Shown one piece after another: positions 10,001-18,945 of a stretch of 64,000 bases of DNA. The translations under genes and the position numbers were made by a program. Positions within the stretch are counted from its first letter, which is position 1. The number at the start of each line of letters is the position of its first letter. The stretch lies in the IMG/VR virus record IMGVR_UViG_3300029319_000019, positions 16,340 to 80,339 of that record; one strand, written 5' to 3'. The DNA is from a virus. Below the pieces are notes generated by a model. It searched no databases, was not told the origin of the DNA, and was given only the letters and a program-made list of their open reading frames with translations.

Positions 10001-12176
10001 CTTGATCTATTTCTACTTGACTATCATCACCATCTCCAATTCCTCCAGCCATGTTAACCCCTGTTACCGTTGACCAAGCACACCCTGATGTTGCAGTTAA
10101 CGCTACTCCAACCTTATTCCAAACAAACCACCCTTCTTGCCCCATTAAAGCCGATGAAGGTTCCTGATATATCCATGTTTCAGCATCGCCCCAGTTATCA
10201 GTTATAGTATCCATAGCATTACCAAATCCAGGAGCGCCGGCTGTACCATTATTCAAGAGGCTATCAACGGGTGTATTACTTGTAACACCAATTAGTCCCA
10301 AGTTATCATCTGTATTATTCCCTCCGTTTGTATTTTCTGCAGCACCCGTATCCTGAAAGTTAGGATCACCAACTGCAAAATAATAAGTTTGTGTAAATGA
10401 TCCATCTGTACCAGTAAACGTTGTAAGATTGTTAGTTATACTAGATTTATATGGGTTAGAGTTACTAGGCATATGATGATGTCTAACATTTGTACCTCTT
10501 AAATCTTCCGCAACCACTTCTGTTACCCCATCAAATACTTTGTAGTCATCTGTGTTGGGATAAAATTCATTTTGGTTTTGCCAAAAATTCATACCATTAG
10601 AATTAGGTAAACCAGAGTAATCATAAAAATGAAATAACTGTCCTTGTGTCTGAGTCATTTCAACCAGACCTGGATCAAAACTAAACTGACTAAGAAAGTC
10701 TGTTTCTTCGTGATTAATATCATCCCAGTCAAGGCTGTTTGATGGGGTAGTACCTATTCCAGTAACACCTGAACCGTCTGTATCACCTATTGCTGTTCTA
10801 CCTGGTATATGATATGCATAGGACATAGTACCATCATTAAGAACAAATGCTATATAAAATGCATATACTTCATCTCTCGTGTAGCCTTTACGCTGGGTTC
10901 TTGAAGCAAAAGGACTTGTACCTCCTACGTCAGATAATGATAAATTATTTACGTCTCTATATCCTTGAGTTTTAGTAATATTAGCAGGAGGAGTTGTATT
11001 TAAATACCCATACATCATATTGTCTTGAGTCAACTCGTACGCATCAAATGGGTTAAATGTATCTACAATACTTACTGATTTAATAAAGTTTGCATGTTTT
11101 TGATACCCAATATCTTTAGTCCCAGTTAAATTGCCCACATATAAAACACCATCTAATTGTGCTAAAGTTTTAGCTGTATCATATGCAACTGTATCTATTA
11201 TAACTTCTTCTACTGATTTTGACTCATACCCTTCTAAACCAGAGAATGTAATTTTTTTACTACCTCCTGTTGTTATATCAACATCGTTTAATTTAAAAGC
11301 AAATTCTGCAGGAGCTCCATCTTTATCTACAGATCTAAATACTACTACAGGTCTAAGAAACTCATAGTCTTTATTTAAATTTGTAACTCTCCAAGCAATA
11401 GATTTACCTGTTTGACTATCAGGTAAACAACCATCATACCTTTCTATAGGACGAACTCCTTCATCATCTTCAACAATAGGAACTCCTAATGAATATGATA
11501 CAAAATTAGTTTGTGTAAAGTCTTGATCTACATATGCTAAAAATAAATAGTATGTTCCAGATTTAAGTGCACCTCCATTAGATATTGTATTAAAACTTAT
11601 ACGTGGAACTGGCCCTGAATGTGGAAATAAATTCATCCTATCTATATAGTTTTTGTTATTAGAAGACCCAGGAGAAACCCCATATAGTTCATTAGATAAA
11701 GAAGTTTGCTGTCTAGTAACATTTAAACTTCTTGGAGGATTAAAGTTATCAGTAAAATATATTATTAAATTACCATTAGGATCAATTTTATATGTTCCTT
11801 CTATTGGATAATTTTTACTAAATTTTAAATCTACATCATTTTCTAAACCCGTAATTGAAGAAGTAGCAGTTTGTCCAGCCGTTGTACTAAAAATAGTAAT
11901 CATACTTGCATCTTCAGGACCTATAGTGCTATATAAATGTATTGAAGAATCGCCATCTTCATTAACTACAAATAGTATAACCTGATCTTCTGTAGTTTCT
12001 ATAGTTCCAATAACCGTCTGATCAATAGATAAAGATTTATAAAATCTAGTACCAGGCTCATTTGATATTGCACCAGCAGTTTCATTTATTAGAATGTTCT
12101 TAGCATATCTATACGATCCTTCTGGTTGGTCTACAGGAGCAGCATCTTTATTTAATCCTTTTATATATTTAGCCAT
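7014..12176 (-). CDS. Muzzle / tail stabilization protein (crAss001 gp44-like), 1720 aa
   Basis: N-terminal KGLNKD...QPEGSYRYAKN, YFTDNFNPPR, RDEVYAFYI, VRHHHMP, GGDTY and WVSFHDY motifs are typical of the crassvirus muzzle. Synteny after ring protein 1. Confidence 0.85.
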   Translation of the reverse strand: MAKYIKGLNKDAAPVDQPEGSYRYAKNILINETAGAISNEPGTRFYKSLSIDQTVIGTIETTEDQVILFVVNEDGDSSIHLYSTIGPEDASMITIFSTTAGQTATSSITGLENDVDLKFSKNYPIEGTYKIDPNGNLIIYFTDNFNPPRSLNVTRQQTSLSNELYGVSPGSSNNKNYIDRMNLFPHSGPVPRISFNTISNGGALKSGTYYLFLAYVDQDFTQTNFVSYSLGVPIVEDDEGVRPIERYDGCLPDSQTGKSIAWRVTNLNKDYEFLRPVVVFRSVDKDGAPAEFAFKLNDVDITTGGSKKITFSGLEGYESKSVEEVIIDTVAYDTAKTLAQLDGVLYVGNLTGTKDIGYQKHANFIKSVSIVDTFNPFDAYELTQDNMMYGYLNTTPPANITKTQGYRDVNNLSLSDVGGTSPFASRTQRKGYTRDEVYAFYIAFVLNDGTMSYAYHIPGRTAIGDTDGSGVTGIGTTPSNSLDWDDINHEETDFLSQFSFDPGLVEMTQTQGQLFHFYDYSGLPNSNGMNFWQNQNEFYPNTDDYKVFDGVTEVVAEDLRGTNVRHHHMPSNSNPYKSSITNNLTTFTGTDGSFTQTYYFAVGDPNFQDTGAAENTNGGNNTDDNLGLIGVTSNTPVDSLLNNGTAGAPGFGNAMDTITDNWGDAETWIYQEPSSALMGQEGWFVWNKVGVALTATSGCAWSTVTGVNMAGGIGDGDDSQVEIDQDNSVDFFGSGNLPGQGDLGTWPSQVTYGIFIWQAQVTDTNLAGQIAHEVRPLGVRFKDIKIPVDIADKVQGFRIYYAERKHSNRRILGQDLLKKNISQFDIDLSDCAGDAAIDTLGTIDDGVQTLNASEDFILASGALYNGAINSATFHDFYLLSRKNSLVPGTHTSHEYTVDMLSFGGPFHSYEDVHYNLGENLQGNTPYTAGDGPKCILNSSFKSFHIGTNYQQQSIAPNFRHYPIREKCKTYLRGNSIFDGRSLGFGQRIYNLGGESSIMLGYLANRQPNQGGWSDAGTGAPWHINPEDPVLGDPNNPDQQFYYENPPSPVQLQIHNLHAFKTDMYLSFDTQELIWTGYEVLGEDLQNFILNDDGTEPGAYVEDANGNATEFTVFGETGEVWGGDTYLCRHGYRISHRPEHNLSAPWDHKTLIYTICESTDNINFRHDKDKESAYFPGSPAKRMLDLKADVDLTKEDAMLYSHPYTLGVADIKPPMPYPIREADPEIFKTRVQRSAKADNTSLIDNYRVFLALQFKDLPRNRGDLWKLLSLNNLLYLHTEDSLFRTKGKQSLQMSDGTESFVGSGDIFAQDPDEIIQTKYGYGGTQSQWVSMVTKHGYFTLDYRNRRVFLFKDQLYDIGKQGMESWFQDNIPFTLEKYGVPSDIDNPILGIGFHSEYDERYDRILLTKRDLKPTEDLLELLLAAQLSQLVYPIAQFNSTTNQFEIVNEVFSIGEVGDTGASTLEVTPIDYSDTEYFESTGWTISYDVELNVWVSFHDYIPYIYSRHGESLISFTPGYGNVWVHSSEINRGRFYTENYLTEFEFIYNSGKDSDKIFYSFDYMVDVEDSHNVLANDHGFNSFYVYTTHQISDEQPIEYMINTRQVGNEWKINKFRDLAKLTTSNDTIYTGAFTGSNFGVPGANVAGTITTGVEVTDGQVNANPMFNIDGMTETINNNFIDAGKSWHKQRKFRDKWIGIRLKYDNVTKKLINLYSTNVAAKKFYR

Positions 12177-13132
12177 TAGTAATCTCTATTTAACTCTTCT
12201 CTATGATTTAAGTATTCAAAGAAACAAGCATGTGCATTGATGTCTGGTATAAGTCTAACCCACTGATTCATGTAAGATTCGTATCTTTCAATGTCAGGAT
12301 AGTTAGCAGCGTTTCTAGCTTGCGTACAATAGTACTTCCATTTTGAATCTGCAAAGTTATAGTCTATCCTATTATTAGGTTTATCATAACCACCCAATAA
12401 CATTTGTTTGTATATATACCAAAACATAGCTTCTTTATAACTTATATCGTCTGGTATCATTGGAAAGCATTCATCATCAATAGGAAAAGCTGTATAGCTT
12501 ATACATACTTTACCGCTAGCAAAAGATGTTTTTATGTAATCACAATCTATTATATAGCTTTCGTTATTTGTAGCATGTTCGTTAATACAATCATCGCAAT
12601 GCATAGAGCTATGGAAAGTGCTAGCTCCATAACGTAATGGTTCTAAGCCAGCACCTCCACCTTTAGCATTAAAATATATCCCCTCTAAAACGGTTATCCT
12701 ACTAATTAGCTCTCTAAGCTCTGCTACATTTGCTTTGTATTGTGTATCATATGTGTTTAAATCTGCATTAGTAATGTTAGCTCCATTGTTAGCTACATCA
12801 TTTTCTAAAGTCTCATTATATTGTGCTATGTCAGCTCTAAGTTTTCTAACTTGCTCTGTAAGAACATCAAGCTCATCACTTGAAGAAGTACCAACAGTTC
12901 CATTAACTGCTACTTGATTTATAAAATATAAGTCTCCAGGTAAACATGCTTTATGATCTTCTATTGTAAGCACGCATTGTTTTTGACACAGTTGTGAAGC
13001 TGCCCCAATGTGCTCTAAAGCTTCTCCTATCCATTCTACTGCATCATCTACCCAGTCTGCATGATTAGGTCTTAGATCACGCATAACCTTACGGATAATC
13101 ATTTTACTTGATATGTTCTTATATACTGCCAT
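12176..13132 (-). CDS. Tail ring protein R1 / tail tubular protein (P22 gp4-like fold, crAss001 gp43-like)
   Basis: EWIGEALEHIG, IKTSFASGKVCISY..FPID...PMIPD..SYKEAMFWYI and W..YC.QA motifs. Immediately upstream of the muzzle gene. Confidence 0.8.
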   Translation of the reverse strand: MAVYKNISSKMIIRKVMRDLRPNHADWVDDAVEWIGEALEHIGAASQLCQKQCVLTIEDHKACLPGDLYFINQVAVNGTVGTSSSDELDVLTEQVRKLRADIAQYNETLENDVANNGANITNADLNTYDTQYKANVAELRELISRITVLEGIYFNAKGGGAGLEPLRYGASTFHSSMHCDDCINEHATNNESYIIDCDYIKTSFASGKVCISYTAFPIDDECFPMIPDDISYKEAMFWYIYKQMLLGGYDKPNNRIDYNFADSKWKYYCTQARNAANYPDIERYESYMNQWVRLIPDINAHACFFEYLNHREELNRDY

Positions 13133-13134
13133 AT

Positions 13135-13404
13135 TTATCTCCAGTTACTACAGCTACCACAATTCCATGCGCGTAGCGATTTATTAATTCTTGAGTTAGG
13201 ATCTCTTTGTCCTTTAGCTCCTGTACGTTTAGCCTTCATCCCACACATTCTACTGCAGAAACTAGAACGTCTTTTGTTACCTTTCTTTTTACTAGGAGCT
13301 TTTAAGTTACCCCCTGTTGCTCTATTATAAGATCGTCTACCTGCAGCGTTTAGTCCACCGCTAGGATTCTTGCCTGCTTTTCTTTGCCATGCTGGTGTTG
13401 CCAT
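13135..13404 (-). CDS. Small highly basic protein (89 aa), probable DNA-binding internal virion protein
   Basis: K/R-rich. PAWQRKAGKNPSGGLN...SFCSRM.GMK...DPNSRINKSLRAWNC is a type I recall from marine phages (DUF6321-like, unverified). Tightly packed in the operon. Confidence 0.7.
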   Translation of the reverse strand: MATPAWQRKAGKNPSGGLNAAGRRSYNRATGGNLKAPSKKKGNKRRSSFCSRMCGMKAKRTGAKGQRDPNSRINKSLRAWNCGSCSNWR

Positions 13405-13406
13405 AT

Positions 13407-13697
13407 TTATATTCTTGCTGGTCCAGGTAGTATAAATCCACCACCCTTCGCACGTTTAACTTTCTTTTTTCTTTTGTACCTACTAACTCTTCCTTTAGTA
13501 TTCTTTTCTCTCTGAGCTCTAGCCTTCTCTGATGCAGATAGTTCAGACCACGTAGATGGTGTATCCTTAGATATACGTCTAGTAGGTCTAAATGTGTTCT
13601 CACCTCCACTGTAGTCTTTCTTACCACTAGGTGTTCTCCATTTTTCTTTAAACCAACGCTTTAGTCTAGCGCCTGCAGCAGTCTTTCTTACAGCCAT
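13407..13697 (-). CDS. Small highly basic protein (96 aa), DUF5872-like
   Basis: LKRWFKEKWRT...RPTRRISKDTP.T.SEL...KA...K motif. K/R-rich, ends KRAKGGG. TAATG coupling. Confidence 0.65.
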   Translation of the reverse strand: MAVRKTAAGARLKRWFKEKWRTPSGKKDYSGGENTFRPTRRISKDTPSTWSELSASEKARAQREKNTKGRVSRYKRKKKVKRAKGGGFILPGPARI

Positions 13698-13897
13698 TAC
13701 TTCTTCTTTAATTTGCGACCACTGCCATATATGTCTGACATCAGACTGGTAGCTAGTCCACCTTTTTCTTTTTTACTTTTATTTCCCCAGTTAGCAGCTC
13801 CAACCTTACGACACTTAGCCATCGCACCACTTCTGTATGCAGATGTCTTAGGACCGTATCGAGCTACAACTTTATGATAACACGCGTCTTTTGGCAT
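13697..13897 (-). CDS. Small highly basic protein (66 aa)
   Basis: KDACYHKV.ARY...SAY.SGAMAKCRKVG motif, followed by KEKGG. In operon. Confidence 0.65.
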   Translation of the reverse strand: MPKDACYHKVVARYGPKTSAYRSGAMAKCRKVGAANWGNKSKKEKGGLATSLMSDIYGSGRKLKKK

Positions 13898-13899
13898 CT

Positions 13900-14364
13900 C
13901 TAATTCTTTTTAAATTTTAAATAATCTAGTTCATCTAACTCCTTCAGTTTACCTTTGTTACCCTTCACTCCTCGTGTAGCATCAAATCTGTAAACTGTTT
14001 TGTTCTTTACTTTGCACTTACCTTTACGCCAGTAGTATTTAAGATACTCACTGTCTGTATAGTATATGTGCCATTTGACACCGTCTCCAGTGTCCTTGTT
14101 GTAAAGCTCACTACCATTTTCTAATAGCTCAGCTTTATACTTGTTTGATTCGCCCCAGTCTATACCAGGGTTTCTAGGATCTCTCTCCATTCTTACGACG
14201 GAAAGAGTTGATAGGTTATACCCCATGTTAAACTCTTTACCGTCTAGAATGTAATCTATAATCATCATGTTAAACTCACTGCATATATCCACAAAAGTTT
14301 GCTTTGATATATTGCTGTCAGTCTCTACATAATCATTGTATATATGAGAGATGGTGTGTTGCAC
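13900..14364 (-). CDS. IHF/HU-like DNA-binding protein (crassvirus IHF subunit)
   Basis: Helix (FVDICSEFNMMIIDYILDG) followed by beta-arm (KEFNMGYNLSTLSV). Conserved position between ring protein genes. Confidence 0.7.
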   Translation of the reverse strand: MQHTISHIYNDYVETDSNISKQTFVDICSEFNMMIIDYILDGKEFNMGYNLSTLSVVRMERDPRNPGIDWGESNKYKAELLENGSELYNKDTGDGVKWHIYYTDSEYLKYYWRKGKCKVKNKTVYRFDATRGVKGNKGKLKELDELDYLKFKKN

Positions 14365-14813
14365 TAGTCTCTATCTAAGTCAAATACACCTGGCTCGATG
14401 AATCCACCCATTTGGTACATCATCTTTTTACCGCCCATTCCCATCTTTTTCTTTCCACCCATCATTTTCTTCTCTCCACCTTTCTTCATCATCGTTTTAG
14501 CCATAGCTGGGCCTTTCTTGCTTATCTTTTTGATAGCTTTGACAATTTTTCTTTTCCTTTTCTTTTTCGCTCTTTCTTCCTGTCGCATCTCTTTTTTAAC
14601 GTTCTTCTTCTCATCTTCAGTCAATGGTCTCGCAGTCTTAGGACTACCACCCATCTGCATCTTACCTTTACCGTCAGCTGCAAAGAAAGGAACCTTCTTA
14701 CCATCTTTCATGACCATCTTCAGCTTACCGCCGTCCTTCATCATCTTCTTTTTACCACCGTACATCATCATCTTTTTCTTAGATCCTCCGTACATCATTT
14801 TTTTCTTATTCAT
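14364..14813 (-). CDS. Lys/Met-rich low-complexity basic protein with tandem M-x-GG motifs
   Basis: KKKMMYGG-type repeats and a KMVMKDGKKVPFFAADGKG module. ATG start at 14813 preferred over the TTG at 14819. Confidence 0.75.
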   Translation of the reverse strand: MNKKKMMYGGSKKKMMMYGGKKKMMKDGGKLKMVMKDGKKVPFFAADGKGKMQMGGSPKTARPLTEDEKKNVKKEMRQEERAKKKRKRKIVKAIKKISKKGPAMAKTMMKKGGEKKMMGGKKKMGMGGKKMMYQMGGFIEPGVFDLDRD

Positions 14814-14837
14814 TTTCAAAAATATTTATAATTATAA

Positions 14838-15527
14838 TTATCGTTTTGGTGCAGGTCTACCCTGACCTTGATCCTGTAATGTATCATTAGTAGTATCATT
14901 TACTGATGACGATAACATCATAAGCTCTCCACTCATAATACCTTGTGTTATTGTTTGTAACATATCCATTGGTATAGGAAAGTCTGAATCACTATCATAG
15001 CAATCAGATCCATCACAATCAAATAGAGCAACATCTTCTGGATCTTCAAATATTCCTCTCACATTTATAAATTTCAAACCATCTGCATTGTATACATACA
15101 AATAATCTTCAATCATATAAGCTTTCATTTTATTTTTAGTGTACTTATCAAAAGGTAACCATTGAACTGTATGTGATTCTACTATAGGTATATTAGCTTT
15201 ACCATCAATAGCTCCTACATAAGTAACTGCATCCTTAAAATTAAATCTAACTGTTTTTGGTATCTTCTTAACTGTTCTATATACAGCACACTCTGTTGGT
15301 AAATTGCAACATTTAGATGCATCTACCTTTATTAATTCTAAACATCCTAAATCTTGTTCTAGGTGTCTAGTAATCATACCGTTTCTAGCAAAGTCCCTAC
15401 GTATGAGCATAGCTCTGTAGTACTTTACATTAAATTTAATTTGACTAGTAGATATATGATCATTATTGCTAGATCTACCTCCTCTAACTAAATTTAAAAT
15501 ATTGTATGAAATTTCATTTAATGTCAT
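14838..15527 (-). CDS. Tail ring protein R2 (crAss001 gp40-like)
   Basis: MTLNEISYNI...YRAMLI..D, QDLGCLELIKVD, YLY, VRGIFEDPE and FPIP motifs of crassvirus ring proteins. Confidence 0.8.
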   Translation of the reverse strand: MTLNEISYNILNLVRGGRSSNNDHISTSQIKFNVKYYRAMLIRRDFARNGMITRHLEQDLGCLELIKVDASKCCNLPTECAVYRTVKKIPKTVRFNFKDAVTYVGAIDGKANIPIVESHTVQWLPFDKYTKNKMKAYMIEDYLYVYNADGLKFINVRGIFEDPEDVALFDCDGSDCYDSDSDFPIPMDMLQTITQGIMSGELMMLSSSVNDTTNDTLQDQGQGRPAPKR

Positions 15528-15530
15528 TTG

Positions 15531-16661
15531 TTATATGTTAGTTTGTAAATATCCTTCATATCCACGCGCTTTACTCCATATATGTGCTTGTCCTGTTCTT
15601 TTGGCTTCGTATCCCATCATCTTATGCCAAGCATCGTTAGCACAGATAGATGGTATAAATCTTACTTTTATTCCTCTAAACTCATCAACTCTTTCTTTAT
15701 GTTTATGTCCACAGTGTACCTCTCTAAACGTAGCTTGTGCAAATAGCATAGGCTGTTCAGTTGCCATTATTAGTGGCATATCAGCTGTCTTTTCTTTATC
15801 TCCGTGTGTAAACATAATTAAGTTAACTCCGTATTTATAATATTTTCTAGAGTCAAAGTTGTTATCAACACTAACTCTTTCATCGTTTTTAAAGAATGCT
15901 CTTAGGTATTCACCTGCATAAAACATTCTTTCATAGTCGTGGTTACCTTGTACAACAACCACATCTACTGGTGCAGTATCGGCTAAGTAGTTTATTGCTC
16001 TTACCATTAAGTTACAATATCCTACAAATGTTTCTTGCCACTCTGCTGAATCCTGCTGAGGTGTACCTTTTGTGGTAGCACGGGAATATCCCTCAGAGTT
16101 CATACCATCATTACCTATTGGTAATAAGATTTTTTCTATATCTAAGCCTTCTGCTTTAGCTAGTAAATCTTTTACAGTATTCATATACTCTTCCTCAGCT
16201 TCGTCAAGTGTCTGTCCAGTGTATTTACCATAGTGTATATCTGGTAAAGAGATCTCATATACTACTGGGTCTTTGACAGCGTTGTAGTCCTTTTCAACCT
16301 TTGGGCTGTAAGACTCTAGAAGTGCAAGTATTTCTTCCTTTGCTTTCTTCATTAGATCGTCTTCTCCTTTTACTACAACAGAGAATCTATGATCCCCTTG
16401 CATGTTTTGCCAAAACTTAACAGACTTGACATCTGTTTCTTCTATTTCATTTTCTTTTAAGAACTTTTTGAACTCACTTATTTCTGACGCATTTACATTG
16501 TCTAGATCAAAGTTAGATCCTTTTGCTTCAAGCCTAGCTTCTTTCAAAGCATGTCTGCATGTTTCAACACTGCAGTTTAGTCTCTCAGACAATCGTTCGG
16601 CACCTTCATTCAGGTAACCAGGCTTCTCTTTTAGAAAAGCCTTAATTTCACTTTTAGTCAT
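15531..16661 (-). CDS. Calcineurin-like metallophosphoesterase with N-terminal HTH-like region
   Basis: DIHYG, GND, GNHD, THGD and GHKH catalytic motifs. Confidence 0.85.
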   Translation of the reverse strand: MTKSEIKAFLKEKPGYLNEGAERLSERLNCSVETCRHALKEARLEAKGSNFDLDNVNASEISEFKKFLKENEIEETDVKSVKFWQNMQGDHRFSVVVKGEDDLMKKAKEEILALLESYSPKVEKDYNAVKDPVVYEISLPDIHYGKYTGQTLDEAEEEYMNTVKDLLAKAEGLDIEKILLPIGNDGMNSEGYSRATTKGTPQQDSAEWQETFVGYCNLMVRAINYLADTAPVDVVVVQGNHDYERMFYAGEYLRAFFKNDERVSVDNNFDSRKYYKYGVNLIMFTHGDKEKTADMPLIMATEQPMLFAQATFREVHCGHKHKERVDEFRGIKVRFIPSICANDAWHKMMGYEAKRTGQAHIWSKARGYEGYLQTNI

Positions 16662-16677
16662 TATATTGGTCTATTGG

Positions 16678-17097
16678 TTATTTTTTTTCTGTATCATTTT
16701 TTTTGGAACTACCACCAAAAAAGAAATCAACAATTGTGTTAACTTTTGCACTCATTGCCCCAAAGATAGTGGAAATAAAACTAATTTCAAACTCTCCTAA
16801 GTTAATGTCTCCCAGCACAAAGTGATTAAACATCACAAAACTAATGCCAAAGTATGCAACTGTGAACAAAGTTGCTAACACTTTTTGGATGATAGCATCG
16901 TCCTTATACATGTCTCTTGCAGACTTGCGATCTTCTACTTCTTTAGCAAAAGCTTCGCGCTCTGCTTCTAACATTATCTTTTGTAATTCTATTTTAGCCT
17001 GATCTCTTTCTTTATCAGTTGTAATTACTTTGTCCAATATTCCTTCGGCGTTGTCTAGAACTTTACCAAACAGTCCGCCCATTACTTTTTGTATCAT
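16678..17097 (-). CDS. Holin (3TM / GTA-holin-like)
   Basis: GILDKVITTDKER..AK.EL...D..SAR followed by two hydrophobic helices and ..FFFGGSS. Near the putative endolysin. Confidence 0.7.
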   Translation of the reverse strand: MIQKVMGGLFGKVLDNAEGILDKVITTDKERDQAKIELQKIMLEAEREAFAKEVEDRKSARDMYKDDAIIQKVLATLFTVAYFGISFVMFNHFVLGDINLGEFEISFISTIFGAMSAKVNTIVDFFFGGSSKKNDTEKK

Positions 17098-17098
17098 A

Positions 17099-17554
17099 TT
17101 AATATCCTGTTGTTATTCCTTGCTGTGATGTACTTAGATTTCTTTCATGTAAATTTCTACCTCCTTCATAATCCAGTAAAACATCTACGTTTTGTGTTGC
17201 TTTAATTACAAAATTATACATGTTACCGTGTGTACATGGATGATCTGTAAATAATGATAATGTAGATCCTACAGGTATAGTAACACTTTTTATGTGATAG
17301 TATATTTTTTGATCAGCTTTAGTTGCATAATCATCAGCATCAATATTATAATTACTATCATCGTTACGCCCATGCAGTTTCACAGTCTTATCTATATTAT
17401 AAGTTTCTAAGTATACATCTACAACTGCGTCAGTAGAATCTACGTTAGCTATTTGACATTTATGTATGGTAACATTATTATCACCATAAATATCACTTCT
17501 CCTAATAAGAATCTGTTCAACAGTTGTCGTTATATTTCTATATATATATTTCAT
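17099..17554 (-). CDS. Hypothetical beta-rich protein (IANV...VDVYL...IKSVTIPVGSTL), possible tail accessory protein
   Basis: Clean ORF in operon with a jelly-roll-like strand pattern. Confidence 0.5.
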   Translation of the reverse strand: MKYIYRNITTTVEQILIRRSDIYGDNNVTIHKCQIANVDSTDAVVDVYLETYNIDKTVKLHGRNDDSNYNIDADDYATKADQKIYYHIKSVTIPVGSTLSLFTDHPCTHGNMYNFVIKATQNVDVLLDYEGGRNLHERNLSTSQQGITTGY

Positions 17555-17560
17555 TCTATT

Positions 17561-18478
17561 TTAAGATGGTATTAAAGTTTTAATAACCACAGTCATTGAT
17601 ATTTGAATAGTATCACCTGTACTACCATCTCCTCTTATAGCTGGATAAATCATATCACCAGCGCTTAATGTAAAATCTCTACTTAAATCTTCTACCTTAG
17701 CAGCAACATTATTAAAAGTTCCGCCATCTTTGTCAGCTGCAGCGTAAGCTCTTAATGTTGCGTTTATAGAATTTGTAGTGCCCCAATCAGGAACACCCAC
17801 GAACAAACCAGCTGCAAACTGTCTATCACCGTTAGCATTTCTACCAGCTCCGTATATTCCTACTAACTTACCAGCGTAAGGTACCCTAACACCGGCATGT
17901 TGATATTGCTTTGCTACAGATATAGTAGTACTACCAACTGTTGTCGCGTTTTGATTAGAGTCGATAGTCCAAGTATGATTTGATATACCGTTACCACCAG
18001 GAAACTCCCAATCGCCATTAGCTTGAACCGTAGAGTTACCTAAGAAAGATATGTATTGATAATGGTATCTAGCATCAACGTGAGACTTTAAACCTGCCGG
18101 CGTTACTGCTCTAGCCGTATCAGTTCCTGTATCAGCTTCTCCAGTTGTTGCTAACTCAACAATCCCTTTATTAGACGTACTAGCGTCTTCTCCAGCTATA
18201 GTAATAGTTCCAACACCTCCAGAAGTATCTATACCTTCACCGCCAGCTATAGTAAAGTTGGCATCGCCCGACGTCACTTGCGTCGCGTTTAAATCATCTG
18301 CCAAAAGCTGAACGGATGTTATATCGCCAGCTGGAACATTGGCTTTTACTATTTTATTATTAGCATCAAGACCAAGCATACCACCACTAGAAATAGTACC
18401 CGCGCTTACATCTTCTAAGTAAACATCGCTTCTAAATCTAGCAATTAAATCTTGTATGTATTGACCTATAAACTTCAT
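17561..18478 (-). CDS. Tail fibre-like protein, 305 aa
   Basis: Contains the phage fibre repeat ASTSNKGIVELATTGEADTGTDTARAVTPAGLK, with a beta-rich C-terminal domain. Confidence 0.7.
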   Translation of the reverse strand: MKFIGQYIQDLIARFRSDVYLEDVSAGTISSGGMLGLDANNKIVKANVPAGDITSVQLLADDLNATQVTSGDANFTIAGGEGIDTSGGVGTITIAGEDASTSNKGIVELATTGEADTGTDTARAVTPAGLKSHVDARYHYQYISFLGNSTVQANGDWEFPGGNGISNHTWTIDSNQNATTVGSTTISVAKQYQHAGVRVPYAGKLVGIYGAGRNANGDRQFAAGLFVGVPDWGTTNSINATLRAYAAADKDGGTFNNVAAKVEDLSRDFTLSAGDMIYPAIRGDGSTGDTIQISMTVVIKTLIPS

Positions 18479-18945
18479 TAATCAAAATCAATATATTCTA
18501 TTGTTACTTCTTCTCCATTAGCTATTGCCTTTGCAATAGACGGATAAATCCTTTTATAAGCGTTAACGCTTTTACCAACAAACCCGTCAGGTAGTAGTTG
18601 GTTATTTTCCTGTGCATCGCCAACGATAAGACACCCAGCAGTGTGCTCGTCAGTGTTTCCAGTATGAATAAGAATATACTCAAAGTTAGGAACATCAGTG
18701 ACATGCAACATACCACGGTGTATACCAGGATATTTTTTAGTATATCTTTCATGAAATCCACCTTCTTTTCTTAATTCTATTTTATATGTGCCTGCAGGTA
18801 CTCTAGTTTCACCTCTAACTTTTAAAGCTCTACGCTCGTCTTCAAGTGTGTAACAGAGAAATTTATTACCCATATCACCCTCTTCAAATAATAAACCTGA
18901 AGTTGAGTCTGCTTCTGAGCTAAATCTTAATACTTTTAGTTTCAT
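18478..18945 (-). CDS. DUF5675-family L,D-peptidase, probable endolysin
   Basis: CYTLED...GETRVPAGTY...VPNFEYILIHTGNT.EHTAGCLIVG with catalytic His/Cys. Close to the holin. Confidence 0.85.
   Translation of the reverse strand: MKLKVLRFSSEADSTSGLLFEEGDMGNKFLCYTLEDERRALKVRGETRVPAGTYKIELRKEGGFHERYTKKYPGIHRGMLHVTDVPNFEYILIHTGNTDEHTAGCLIVGDAQENNQLLPDGFVGKSVNAYKRIYPSIAKAIANGEEVTIEYIDFD

Noticed and set aside
14398-14865. Hydrophobic plus-strand ORFs (155 and 139 aa)
   Set aside because: Antisense shadows of the Lys/Met-rich gene.
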